Source of the DNA: Clostridiales bacterium
GTDB taxonomy: Bacteria; Bacillota; Clostridia; Christensenellales; Borkfalkiaceae
Assembly: GCA_015055945.1 (NCBI GenBank)
Contig: SVHH01000005.1
Coordinates: 40,336-104,335 of the forward strand
Direction of reading: 5' to 3'
Length of the DNA: 64,000 nucleotides
Below the pieces are notes generated by a model. It was not told the origin of the DNA, did not search any database, and was given only the letters and a program-made list of their open reading frames with translations. Within the stretch, counting starts at the first letter, position 1. Each line of letters begins with the position of its first letter. The position numbers were made by a program, and so were the translations under genes. Positions 20,026-28,893 of this stretch are shown here, piece by piece.

Positions 20026-23000
20026 TATTTAGCAACCTTATTGATAACGATAGTGCACTTTGCACCGTTGATATCGAGCTCTTTCTTAAAGCCGTCCACT
20101 TCGCCTTCAGCAATAGCATCGGCAAGAACAACACTCTTAATATCTTCGCCGTTAGATAACGCGTTTTTCAAACCGGCATCTTCAGTAACGAAGTTTACAG
20201 TAATTCTATCAACAACTTCAAAACCTGCTTCTTTACGCATTGTTTGGATTTTAGAAATCAATTCTCTTTGAACGCCTTCAGCCTTTAATTCTTCGGTAAC
20301 GTTAGTATCCATAACTACCGTCATACCCTTATCGCTTGCCGCAATAAAGCCTTCAACACTGTTGGTTGAAATCAAAAGGTCGTCAAGCGCAAATTCAAAG
20401 GTATCACCTTCAAATTCGGTCTTATAAATTTCGCCTTTTTTTACGGTTGAAACAACTTCAGCCGCATCACAAACTTCAAAGAACTTTCTAACCTTACCGA
20501 GTTTTGCACCGTACTTAGGTCCTAAAGTCTTGAGTTGTGGTTTAATCGTGTATGAAACGAAACGACCAGCGTCCTTGAGATATTCAACTTCCTTAACGTT
20601 AAGTTCATCTTTAGCAATATCGAGTAAACCTTCGGTAAGAGTGGTCTTTCTTTCAGAACATACGAAAATCTTTTGCAAAGGTTGACGGTTTTTGATGTTT
20701 GCAGTATTTCTGCATGAACGACCGAGCACAACGATATCGAGAACGTTTTGCATACCTTCTTCAAGTTCAGCATCAATCAAACTTTCATCAACAGTCGGGA
20801 ATGCGCAAAGATGTACTGATTTAGGTGCGTCTTTATAGAAGTTGGGAACGAGATTTTGATAGATTGATTCCGCCATAAACGGAGTGAACGGTGCTGATAA
20901 TTTTGCCATAGTTACAAGCACGGTATAAAGCGTGGTGTAAGCGGCAATCTTATCGTCGTCCATATCGTGTCCCCAGTATCTTTCTCTGCCACGGCGAACG
21001 TACCAGTTAGAAAGGTCATCAGTGAACGCTTGAAGTGCTCTTGCACTGTCAAAAATGTTATAATTTGCAAGACCTTTATCAACAGTCTTAACAAGCGTAT
21101 TGAGTTTAGAGAGTACCCACTTATCCATAAGGGTAAGTTTACAATCTTCTAATTTGTAATTTGCGGGGTTATATTTATCGATATCCGCATAGAGTACGAA
21201 GAATGCGTAAGTATTCCAGAGCGTACCCATGAACTTTCTTTGCGCTTCTGAAACGGCTTCTTCATAGAATCTTGACGGCAACCATGGTGCAGAACCAGTA
21301 TAGAAATACCATCTAACAGCGTCAGCGCCTTGCTTATCAAGGATGGTCCACGGGTCAACTACGTTGCCCTTGTGCTTACTCATCTTAATACCGTTCTTAT
21401 CGTTAACGTGCCCTAAAACGATGCAGTTCTTAAAGGGTGCTTTATCGAAAAGCAAGGTTGAAATTGCAAGCAAAGTATAGAACCAACCACGAGTTTGGTC
21501 AATCGCTTCACTGATGAAGTCTGCCGGGAAGTGGCTTTCGAAAAGTTCTTTATTTTCAAAGGGATAGTGGTATTGAGCAAAAGGCATTGAACCAGAGTCA
21601 AACCAGCAATCGATAACTTCTTTTTCACGGATATATTCACCACCGCATTCGCAAGCGAACTTACAGTCGTCAATATAAGGACGGTGAAGTTCAATATCGC
21701 CTTCAATACCGCATTTTTCTTTTAATTCTTGTTTACTACCGATAACGTGGATTTTACCGCACTTGTTACATACCCAAACGGGAAGCGGTGTCCCCCAATA
21801 ACGTTCACGTGATAAGCCCCAGTCGATAACGTTTTCTAAGAAGTTACCCATACGGCCGTTCTTAATGGTTTCAGGCATCCAGTTGATAGAATCGTTTGCA
21901 GCAAGAAGTCTATCTTTTACTGCGGTCATCTTGATAAACCAACTTGAACGAGCGTAATAAAGGAGCGGAGTATCACAACGCCAGCAGAACGGATAACTGT
22001 GTTCAAAGGGAAGTTCCTTAAACAAAAGTCCGTTTTCTTTGAGCATTTTGATAATAATTTTATCAGCGTCCTTAACGAACTTGCCAGCAAGAATACCTGT
22101 GCAGTCAAGCATATTACCCCTATCATCAACGAGTTTAACGAAAGGTAAGTTATATTTTCTACCAACGTTTGCGTCGTCTTCACCGAATGCGGGTGCGATA
22201 TGAACGATACCGCTACCGTCGGTAAGAGTTACGTAACCGTCGCAAACAACGTAGTAGGCCTTTTCTTTGAAAGAACCGAGTGCGTAGTCAAACAAGGGTT
22301 CGTATTCAGCATATTCGTATTCAATACCCTTCTTAACGCTAATGGTTTCATAATTTTCAAAAAGCGTGGGAGCAAGTGCTTCCGCCAAAACGTAGGTTGC
22401 GCCGTCTTCAGCCTTGATTTCAACGTAATTTTCCTTGGGGTTCATACAGAGCGCTACGTTAGACGGTAAGGTCCAAGGCGTAGTGGTCCACGCAAGGAAG
22501 TAAGCGTTATCTTTGCCCTTAATCTTAAAGCGCACGAAAACTGATACGTCTTTAACGTCTTTATATCCTTGTGCTACTTCGTGAGAAGAAAGTGCAGTTC
22601 CGCAACGCGGGCAGTAAGGTACGATTTTATGACCTTTGTATAAAAGACCTTTTTCAGCAATAGTCTTAATTGCCCACCAAACGGATTCAATGTAGTTATC
22701 GTCGTAAGTAACGTAGGGGTTTTCCATATCCGCCCAGTAACCTACGCGGTCACTCATCTTTTCCCATTCGCCCTTATACTTCCAAACGCTTTCTTTACAT
22801 TTTTGGATAAAGGGTTCAATACCGTACTGTTCAATTTCTTTTTTACCGTCAATGCCGAGAAGTTTTTCAACTTCAAGTTCAACGGGAAGACCGTGAGTAT
22901 CCCAACCAGCCTTTCTCAAGCAATGGTCGCCTTTCATAACGTGATAGCGCGGAATAATATCCTTGATAACACGGGTTAAAATATGACCGATGTGCGGTTT

Positions 23001-23156
23001 ACCGTTAGCGGTAGGCGGACCGTCGTAAAAAGTAAATTCACGATTGCCTTCGTTTGCGCTTACGTTTTGTTCGAAAATTTTGTTTTCCTTCCAAAACTCT
23101 AAAACTTCTTTTTCTCTGTCAAGGAAGTTAAGTGTTGTGTCAACCTTTTTATACAT
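20025..23156 (-). CDS. ileS: Isoleucine--tRNA ligase, type 2 (about 1040 aa form)
   Basis: PPTANGKPHIGH (HIGH) and KMSKHKGN (KMSKS). Length and N-terminus are typical of type-2 IleRS. Confidence 0.95.
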   Translation of the reverse strand: MYKKVDTTLNFLDREKEVLEFWKENKIFEQNVSANEGNREFTFYDGPPTANGKPHIGHILTRVIKDIIPRYHVMKGDHCLRKAGWDTHGLPVELEVEKLLGIDGKKEIEQYGIEPFIQKCKESVWKYKGEWEKMSDRVGYWADMENPYVTYDDNYIESVWWAIKTIAEKGLLYKGHKIVPYCPRCGTALSSHEVAQGYKDVKDVSVFVRFKIKGKDNAYFLAWTTTPWTLPSNVALCMNPKENYVEIKAEDGATYVLAEALAPTLFENYETISVKKGIEYEYAEYEPLFDYALGSFKEKAYYVVCDGYVTLTDGSGIVHIAPAFGEDDANVGRKYNLPFVKLVDDRGNMLDCTGILAGKFVKDADKIIIKMLKENGLLFKELPFEHSYPFCWRCDTPLLYYARSSWFIKMTAVKDRLLAANDSINWMPETIKNGRMGNFLENVIDWGLSRERYWGTPLPVWVCNKCGKIHVIGSKQELKEKCGIEGDIELHRPYIDDCKFACECGGEYIREKEVIDCWFDSGSMPFAQYHYPFENKELFESHFPADFISEAIDQTRGWFYTLLAISTLLFDKAPFKNCIVLGHVNDKNGIKMSKHKGNVVDPWTILDKQGADAVRWYFYTGSAPWLPSRFYEEAVSEAQRKFMGTLWNTYAFFVLYADIDKYNPANYKLEDCKLTLMDKWVLSKLNTLVKTVDKGLANYNIFDSARALQAFTDDLSNWYVRRGRERYWGHDMDDDKIAAYTTLYTVLVTMAKLSAPFTPFMAESIYQNLVPNFYKDAPKSVHLCAFPTVDESLIDAELEEGMQNVLDIVVLGRSCRNTANIKNRQPLQKIFVCSERKTTLTEGLLDIAKDELNVKEVEYLKDAGRFVSYTIKPQLKTLGPKYGAKLGKVRKFFEVCDAAEVVSTVKKGEIYKTEFEGDTFEFALDDLLISTNSVEGFIAASDKGMTVVMDTNVTEELKAEGVQRELISKIQTMRKEAGFEVVDRITVNFVTEDAGLKNALSNGEDIKSVVLADAIAEGEVDGFKKELDINGAKCTIVINKVAK

Positions 23157-23315
23157 AATAGCCTTCTCCTAAAATTTGCGAAAAGTGTTTAGTTTAAAAT
23201 ATATCTAATAAATTATAACTATAAACCGACAAAAAGTAAAGTTAATTTTAAGGAATTTGAAAATTTTAATTAAAAATTACTTGCTAATTTAACTTTTTTA
23301 GGTTAGAATATTATA

Positions 23316-23580
23316 GCCGTGCTATGCGGGGAGTTAGCGATGCCCTGTAATCCGCAATTCGCTTAGCGGAGCAGAACACTGTTTGAGGCTTATATTGTGG
23401 AAGGTTGCGCGTGGCAAGGAGCGTTGATATTAAGGTCTTGTGCAACGCGCCCCCGCGAACCGTGTCAGAGTAGGAATACAGCAGCACTAAACGGTTAGGC
23501 GCGTGTGATATAAGGTTGCTTTGAAGGAGTTACCTACCACGTTACCGCTTCGGCAATATCTGTCGATTTCAGCGCACGGC
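23316..23580 (+). ncRNA. ffs: Signal recognition particle RNA, long Bacillus-type (with Alu domain)
   Basis: 5' GCCGTGCTATGCGGGGAGTTAGCGATGCCCTGTAATCCGCAAT closely resembles the B. subtilis scRNA 5' domain. It has a GTCAGAGTAGGAATACAGCAGC domain-IV-like core. The 3' GCACGGC pairs with the 5' GCCGTGC and is followed by T6. Confidence 0.88.
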
Positions 23581-23593
23581 TTTTTTGAATATA

Positions 23594-23624
23594 AAAACGG
23601 CTTGTAATTTACAAGCCGTTTTTT
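23594..23624. terminator. Bidirectional terminator (ffs / acyltransferase gene)
   Basis: AAAACGGCTTGT-AATT-TACAAGCCGTTTT hairpin with flanking A/T runs. Confidence 0.8.
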
Positions 23625-23631
23625 GTTTTAT

Positions 23632-24957
23632 CTATTTGTCTTTTTTGTTGTCGATACCAAGTTCTAAACCTTCGTACATATAATCGTTCCACGGGAAGTT
23701 TTTATAGAAGTTTACGTGATAACGATGCATTTCTTCAACGAGAAGATAGAACTTCCAAACCGTTTGATGTTTGGGGAAAATATCAAAATATTCACCGTTG
23801 AGATAGAAGTTAAAATAACTCATATCAACTTCGGTAATCAAAGTGTACAAGTGTTCGTAATCGATATGAAATTCATAAGGCGCACCTTTTCTAGTTCCGT
23901 TATAATGCAAGCCCTTGTGGTCAATCCAAATCTTGCCTTCACCTACGATAAAACTAGTTTTATTCTCACCAACCGTCTTATATTCGTCAAGGTTACCGAT
24001 AGTGCACTCGTCTTCAAAATAATAGTCGGGATTTTCACGGATTTCTTTAATTATATCCATTCTTTCTTGCTCTGACCACGTTAGCGGTGATTCAGGGATA
24101 ACAGCATTTTCAAACGGATGGAATTGATAATAATCATCCATAGTTGCGCCGTTACCACAGTTAGAACAAATAATTTTATCCCCTTCGCCTTTCATGGTAA
24201 ATTCTTGACCGCACTTAGGGCATTTATAGCAAAGATCTTCTAAACGATGGCAAATTCTACCCTTAGTTTTCCACTTAATTTTCTTTTCTTTATTCCAAGC
24301 GTATTCATCACGGCGGAATTTTGCGTTAATAATATCATCCATTTCTCCAACGGATAGACGATTTACGTCTTCTTTGGTGAACAAAAGCGACATAGTTGCG
24401 TAAGTTTCGCCATAACGCTCGTCAAGGCAAACCTTGGTGTTTTGCAAATATTGACCTTCTAAATAGCAAAGATATACGGGCACTTTAAAATGTTTAAACA
24501 TTTTACTTGTTCCAGGAACGATAGGTTTATTACCACCAAAGTCGCTCGCTAACCCTTCAGGTGCGAAGGTTACGCAACCGCCTTGCTTGATAATTTTGCT
24601 TACCGCACGTATAGTTTGCATATCAGCCATATATTGCTTTTTGGGAATAACTTTATTAAGCCCGAAAATGAACGAGAATTTAGTTCTATAAAACTCGTTA
24701 TTACCAGCAATCATGTTAGTAACTCTAGGATAAGTTGCACCCATAACGTAAGCGTGGTCAATTCTTGACAAGTGGTTAAAAATTACGAAACAAGGTCCGT
24801 CGCAATCGTTTACGTCGTCAATGATATTGAACTTGATATTGTACTTTTTAGAAACCATATCAAGCATTATAAACTTATAGATACCGTATATCAAACGGTT
24901 AGGTTTTTTATACTTTCTCTTCGCTAATTTTTCAGAAATTGATAACTTTTTTCCCAT
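23632..24957 (-). CDS. PlsC-family acyltransferase fused to a zinc ribbon and an uncharacterised C-terminal domain
   Basis: HX4D motif (NHLSRIDH), later CYKCPKCG...CSNCG, 441 aa. Confidence 0.75.
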   Translation of the reverse strand: MGKKLSISEKLAKRKYKKPNRLIYGIYKFIMLDMVSKKYNIKFNIIDDVNDCDGPCFVIFNHLSRIDHAYVMGATYPRVTNMIAGNNEFYRTKFSFIFGLNKVIPKKQYMADMQTIRAVSKIIKQGGCVTFAPEGLASDFGGNKPIVPGTSKMFKHFKVPVYLCYLEGQYLQNTKVCLDERYGETYATMSLLFTKEDVNRLSVGEMDDIINAKFRRDEYAWNKEKKIKWKTKGRICHRLEDLCYKCPKCGQEFTMKGEGDKIICSNCGNGATMDDYYQFHPFENAVIPESPLTWSEQERMDIIKEIRENPDYYFEDECTIGNLDEYKTVGENKTSFIVGEGKIWIDHKGLHYNGTRKGAPYEFHIDYEHLYTLITEVDMSYFNFYLNGEYFDIFPKHQTVWKFYLLVEEMHRYHVNFYKNFPWNDYMYEGLELGIDNKKDK

Positions 24958-25073
24958 GTTTTTCCCTTTTATTTTGGACGTAAAGTAATTTTAGCCCAAT
25001 ATTTTCTTATTTTACATTATACTCGTGTTTATAAACTGTATATTAAATATTCGTGTTTTTTGATTTTTTATAA

Positions 25074-25113
25074 TGAAAAACGGCTTAATTTTACCACAAC
25101 AGCATTATTAAGC
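25074..25113 (-). terminator. Probable terminator of the ABC operon
   Basis: GCTTAAT (25083-25089) pairs with ATTAAGC (25107-25113) around a large loop. Followed in minus sense by CCGUUUUUC. Confidence 0.45.
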
Positions 25114-25176
25114 AAGAAAAAAATCATTTTAAGGATTTATAAAAATTATGCTGTTTAATTTTTATACTGCAAGTTA

Positions 25177-25908
25177 TTATTGATTTTTCATTTGCCTAAG
25201 AAAGCAAACTATAGCAATTAGCATTGTTATAACGCCATATATTAAAATTGGAAACAAGCAAGTTATTGCAAGACTAATATTCCCGCTAAACAACGCCTTT
25301 TCCATTTCCGCAGCGTGATAAAACGGCAAAATATTTGCTACTTTTTCAAAAAAACCGCCTAAATGTTTTAGATCCACCCATACGCCTGAAAAATATGCAG
25401 CAATATTGGTAAGTAATGCACCACAAATGCCCCCTACTTGCTTTACACTAAAGATACTACCACACAACAACCCAAGCGAAATATTGAATACAGCCATAGG
25501 GATTATTCCAATTATACAATACAGAATATTTACACTTACAGTTAGCCCTAAAAATATAGAAAAAATAAAACAGATAACCGTTTGTCCAATAGCAATGGGC
25601 ACAAGCGGTAATACGTATCCCATAATAAAGTCAAAAGCGGTAAAAGGTGTCGTATATAATCTTTGCAAAAACGCGCTTTCACGATCTTTAGCCACCAGTG
25701 TTGCCGAAAACAAAGTCATAAACGAAAGCCCAAAAACTGTTATACCAGGGGTTAATTTATCAATTTCAAACAAACTTACGGGGATATTTGCTTGTATAGA
25801 ACTTAAAAGCAATAATAAAACCAATGGAAAGCCTAAACCAAAACCAAGATTTATAGGATCACGCAAAATTTCTTTTGTACATCTCTTAGCAAAAGTAATC
25901 ATTCTCAT
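25177..25908 (-). CDS. ABC-2 type transporter permease
   Basis: 243 aa, about six TM segments, 4-nt overlap with the upstream ATPase gene. Confidence 0.85.
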   Translation of the reverse strand: MRMITFAKRCTKEILRDPINLGFGLGFPLVLLLLLSSIQANIPVSLFEIDKLTPGITVFGLSFMTLFSATLVAKDRESAFLQRLYTTPFTAFDFIMGYVLPLVPIAIGQTVICFIFSIFLGLTVSVNILYCIIGIIPMAVFNISLGLLCGSIFSVKQVGGICGALLTNIAAYFSGVWVDLKHLGGFFEKVANILPFYHAAEMEKALFSGNISLAITCLFPILIYGVITMLIAIVCFLRQMKNQ

Positions 25909-26633
25909 AATTCGCCCTCTTTTACGATAGAAATAAATGCTTTTTCAAAATTATTTGTATTTGAACTCAACTTTAATTCTTCTACCGTCCCCACCGCAAG
26001 AAGTTTGCCTTTTTGCATAATACCGATACGATCGGAAAGTGCCTCTGCCTCTTCTAAATAGTGTGTTGTTAAAATAATAGTTGCTTTTCTCTTTAACGAT
26101 CTAATAATCCCCCACAGTTCTTGCCGTGCAAGAACGTCAAGTCCAAGCGTTGGCTCATCTAAAAATAAAATTTTTGGATCACTTATTAATGCCATTGCAA
26201 CGCTAACACGGCGTTTCCACCCACCTGATAACTTACCTACTTTTCTGCTAAGAACTTCCGCCAAAGAAAACTGCTTTGAAAGTTTTTCAATCTTAGCCAA
26301 AGTTTTTTCTTTTGAAAACCCATGCGCGCCACAAATCAATTCTAAATTTTCTTTTACGGAAAGATTAGACGCAACGGCAGTTTCTTGCGGTGATACACCA
26401 ATAAGTTCTTTTACTTTTTTTGATTGATTAATAATGCTATATCCCCCAACAACAGCATCTCCAGCAGTAGGGGTGGTCAAGCAAGAAAGCATTTTAATAG
26501 TTGTAGTTTTGCCAGAGCCGTTTACGCCAAGCAAAGCAAATAATTCACCTTCAAATATTTCCAAATCAAGTTTATCAACCGCCGTTATATTTTTATATTG
26601 CTTAATAAGTTTATCGATTTTAATTGCTTTCAT
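25905..26633 (-). CDS. ABC transporter ATP-binding protein
   Basis: Walker A GVNGSGKTT, signature LSGGWKRR, Walker B ILFLDEP. Start taken at ATG 26633 (MKAIKIDKL) behind a GAAGGAAA SD. Confidence 0.9.
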   Translation of the reverse strand: MKAIKIDKLIKQYKNITAVDKLDLEIFEGELFALLGVNGSGKTTTIKMLSCLTTPTAGDAVVGGYSIINQSKKVKELIGVSPQETAVASNLSVKENLELICGAHGFSKEKTLAKIEKLSKQFSLAEVLSRKVGKLSGGWKRRVSVAMALISDPKILFLDEPTLGLDVLARQELWGIIRSLKRKATIILTTHYLEEAEALSDRIGIMQKGKLLAVGTVEELKLSSNTNNFEKAFISIVKEGEL

Positions 26634-26804
26634 ATATTTATTTTCCTTCATTTTTTGGTCTACAGTTATTATATCAAACAAAAATTAAAGAAAATAAACT
26701 TTTAAGTATTCGGTTGTTTTTTTCAGTTAAGCGGTTTTTAATATAAATTGTTCAAACATAAAACTCTTTTACAAACACTATTTCTTGCTTTTATAATAAA
26801 CACA

Positions 26805-26845
26805 TAAAAAAAATGGCTTAATTTTACATTTAAGCCGTTTTTTTT
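26805..26845. terminator. Bidirectional terminator after the GNAT gene
   Basis: GGCTTAA/TTAAGCC stem (26815-26836) flanked by A8 and T8 runs. Confidence 0.65.
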
Positions 26846-27284
26846 ATATAATCTTTATGAACATCTTTAATTTTTTACCACGAGAACTTAAAAAATCTTG
26901 AACGTATTCAAACCCTAATTTCTCGTGTAAGCGTATGCTTGCAATATTGTCTTCTTTTATGCCAGCGTAAACCAACTTATACCCTAACCCTTTTGCATAG
27001 TCGTAAGATAGCAAAAGTGCTTCTTTTGCATATCCCTTTCCCCTAAATTCAACTTTAATTTCTGGGGCAACTCTAATTACGCTTTTAGAACACGAGTAAA
27101 TGTTGATAACGCCAACCGTATCTTCATTATTTTGGACGAGAAAAAACTTAAAAAAATTGCCTTGATGATTTTCTTCATTAGACTCTAAAATCATTTGAAT
27201 TTTCTTATCGATATCCATATCAGCATAGGATGTATTTTTAAGTTTTTCAATATCCGTTTTTTCTATGGGTTTAAGTTTTATCAT
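26844..27284 (-). CDS. GNAT family N-acetyltransferase
   Basis: 146 aa with FRGKGYAKEALLL (acetyl-CoA motif A-like). Confidence 0.85.
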   Translation of the reverse strand: MIKLKPIEKTDIEKLKNTSYADMDIDKKIQMILESNEENHQGNFFKFFLVQNNEDTVGVINIYSCSKSVIRVAPEIKVEFRGKGYAKEALLLSYDYAKGLGYKLVYAGIKEDNIASIRLHEKLGFEYVQDFLSSRGKKLKMFIKII

Positions 27285-28236
27285 TAGTTACCTTTCTATA
27301 AGTCCCGCCGATAAAGTTACTAGGGGCATAATCACACTCGTCGTTTTCGTAATAATATTCGCCATATGCAAAAGCAAATGAATCATCACTGCCCAGTATA
27401 AAATCCATCAACTGATAATCGGCATCGACATAAGTTCCTTTTTCTTCAGCGGGTTCCATATCTCCGTGAAGAACGTAAATAAGCGCAACGTCGTGACGTT
27501 TATCACCTAAAAACTCGTCATAATAACTTAAATGAATTGTTCCTTCTATAAAAGTATTGTTTATAGCGTTTTCATAACGCATATACACGGTATAACTTGA
27601 ACTTTGAGAATCTGAAGAATATGAGTTGTTTGCAAAATAAAACTTATTGTCCTTTTCATCACAAAAAGTTCCGTCTAACTTAGAACAATTTAAGTAATTC
27701 GCTTTGCCGTTTTTATAAGTATATTGCTGTGCCCCTTCTTTTACGTAAGTTCCAAAAGCATAAGGCATTTCAGATAAATGATAGTCTCTAACAGGCACGC
27801 CACCGCTCCTTATCGGATCTATATGATAGCCTTCGCTAATAATAGTAAATTGATGCAAATCTTCTTTTGCATCTTCAGTATAGCAGTCTATGTAATCAAA
27901 AAGACTTAACCCAGTATCATCTTTACCAAATTCTAAATTTAAATGTAGCGGAGAAATAGTATTTTCAACACCATAATAAGTAATTCTATGAGTGCCTTCC
28001 TTCTTCAACTGACCATTTTCATAATACTTAAAAGTGCTGTCGTTAAATTCAAAGTAGGCAGAGTCAACGGGTCTATATTCATTGTTGTTTAAAACCAAGT
28101 TCCATTTGACAAAGGTTTTACCGTCACCCAAATCAACGACGTTCTCTTGATCGCTCGTCATTTCAAAAAAGGCACAGCCCGACATGCTTAAAGCCATCAT
28201 TGCCGTCAATAATAAACTTACTAATTTCTTAAACAT
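27271..28236 (-). CDS. Hypothetical lipoprotein (Tyr/Asp-rich, no recognisable domain)
   Basis: Start at ATG 28236 behind an AAGGAGAAGG SD. Signal peptide MFKKLVSLLLTAMMALSMSGC (lipobox-like). The upstream 104 codons of the tracked ORF overlie a terminator and non-coding RNA-like sequence. Confidence 0.7.
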   Translation of the reverse strand: MFKKLVSLLLTAMMALSMSGCAFFEMTSDQENVVDLGDGKTFVKWNLVLNNNEYRPVDSAYFEFNDSTFKYYENGQLKKEGTHRITYYGVENTISPLHLNLEFGKDDTGLSLFDYIDCYTEDAKEDLHQFTIISEGYHIDPIRSGGVPVRDYHLSEMPYAFGTYVKEGAQQYTYKNGKANYLNCSKLDGTFCDEKDNKFYFANNSYSSDSQSSSYTVYMRYENAINNTFIEGTIHLSYYDEFLGDKRHDVALIYVLHGDMEPAEEKGTYVDADYQLMDFILGSDDSFAFAYGEYYYENDECDYAPSNFIGGTYRKVTNDKT

Positions 28237-28272
28237 AACCCCTTCTCCTTTAATAAATTTTATCCTAAGTCT

Positions 28273-28301
28273 AGGATAGCACACCACACAAAAAATGTCA
28301 A
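28273..28301 (-). promoter_or_regulatory. Candidate promoter of the lipoprotein-GNAT operon
   Basis: In minus sense: TTGACA (28301-28296), 17 nt, TATCCT (28278-28273). Confidence 0.4.
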
Positions 28302-28308
28302 TATTGAA

Positions 28309-28345
28309 ACAAAAAAACACTGCAAAAGTTCTTTTGCAGTGTTTT
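28309..28345 (-). terminator. Strong rho-independent terminator about 160 nt downstream of the ssrA CCA end
   Basis: CACTGCAAAAG/CTTTTGCAGTG hairpin (28318-28341), followed in minus sense by U7. Confidence 0.8.
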
Positions 28346-28506
28346 GGTGGACTTGGGCGTGTGAAATACGCACCGAGGACACCAAGTATTATTAGGGCTC
28401 CCAAAAAGATTTTGCATAGCAAAAGATTTTTGGGAAAAAGGAGAAGCCCGCTGTCTGTCGTGCTGTTTGCAATAGCAAACTGCTGACGTAAAGCGGTGCT
28501 TCGACG

Positions 28507-28858
28507 TGGTGGAGATGCGGAGACTTGCACTCCGGTCTTAAATGACAATAAAAAACCTTCTACATACTTATCCTACGCTTGATTTTAGTGATAATCTTGG
28601 TCATAGGCTACCATAAATTACCCTTTGATTTCTAAAAGCCGAATTTAAGGCGAAATCAAACCCTAAAATCGGTTCTCGCCTAGTTGACGCCCTAACCTTC
28701 CCGACGAGAGAAAAAGGCAGGACGTACGCTTAAATTAAGCAGCGTATGCTAATTCTTGATTGTTAGCATTTAAATTTAAGTTTCCGTTTTTACGAAGCCG
28801 AGCCTTCGGTATGCTTATATTCTTTATACGTTCACCCAATCGAATCTATGACATCCCC
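28507..28858 (-). ncRNA. ssrA: tmRNA (SsrA); encoded tag ANNQELAYAA
   Basis: 5' GGGGATGTCATAGATTCGAT. 3' GGAGTGCAAGTCTCCGCATCTCCACCA (T-arm plus CCA). The acceptor stem has a G3-U pair. Tag reading frame is GCT AAC AAT CAA GAA TTA GCA TAC GCT GCT TAA at 28767-28735. Confidence 0.92.
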
Positions 28859-28864
28859 GTTTAA

Positions 28865-28891
28865 TTTAGCCCGACAAAATATCGGGCTAAA
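28865..28891 (-). terminator. 10-bp stem-loop filling the metA-ssrA gap (leaky terminator or processing signal)
   Basis: TTTAGCCCGA/TCGGGCTAAA. No U-tract in minus sense. Ends 6 nt before the tmRNA 5' end. Confidence 0.4.
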
Positions 28892-28893
28892 TA

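Noticed and set aside
23157-23315. Looked for a T-box leader upstream of ileS (and in 61579-61699 upstream of argS).
   Set aside because: The regions are too short and AT-rich. I saw no T-box consensus and no terminator/antiterminator pair.
28346-28392. A minus-sense segment ending ...CCAAGTCCACCA, resembling a tRNA/tmRNA 3' end. It could have been a duplicated ssrA 3' fragment marking an island att site.
   Set aside because: Only TCCACCA is shared with the genuine tmRNA end. No T-arm or acceptor pairing can be formed, so it is not a repeat of the ssrA 3' end.
28295-28486. Plus-strand 63-aa ORF within the ssrA trailer.
   Set aside because: It has no SD, gives a basic low-complexity product, and overlaps RNA helices and a terminator.
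27271-28548. The 425-aa version of the lipoprotein ORF, extending through the ssrA trailer into the tmRNA 3' end.
   Set aside because: The first 104 codons cross a strong terminator and a promoter-like TTGACA-17-TATCCT. The internal ATG at 28236 has a strong SD and begins a lipoprotein signal peptide.
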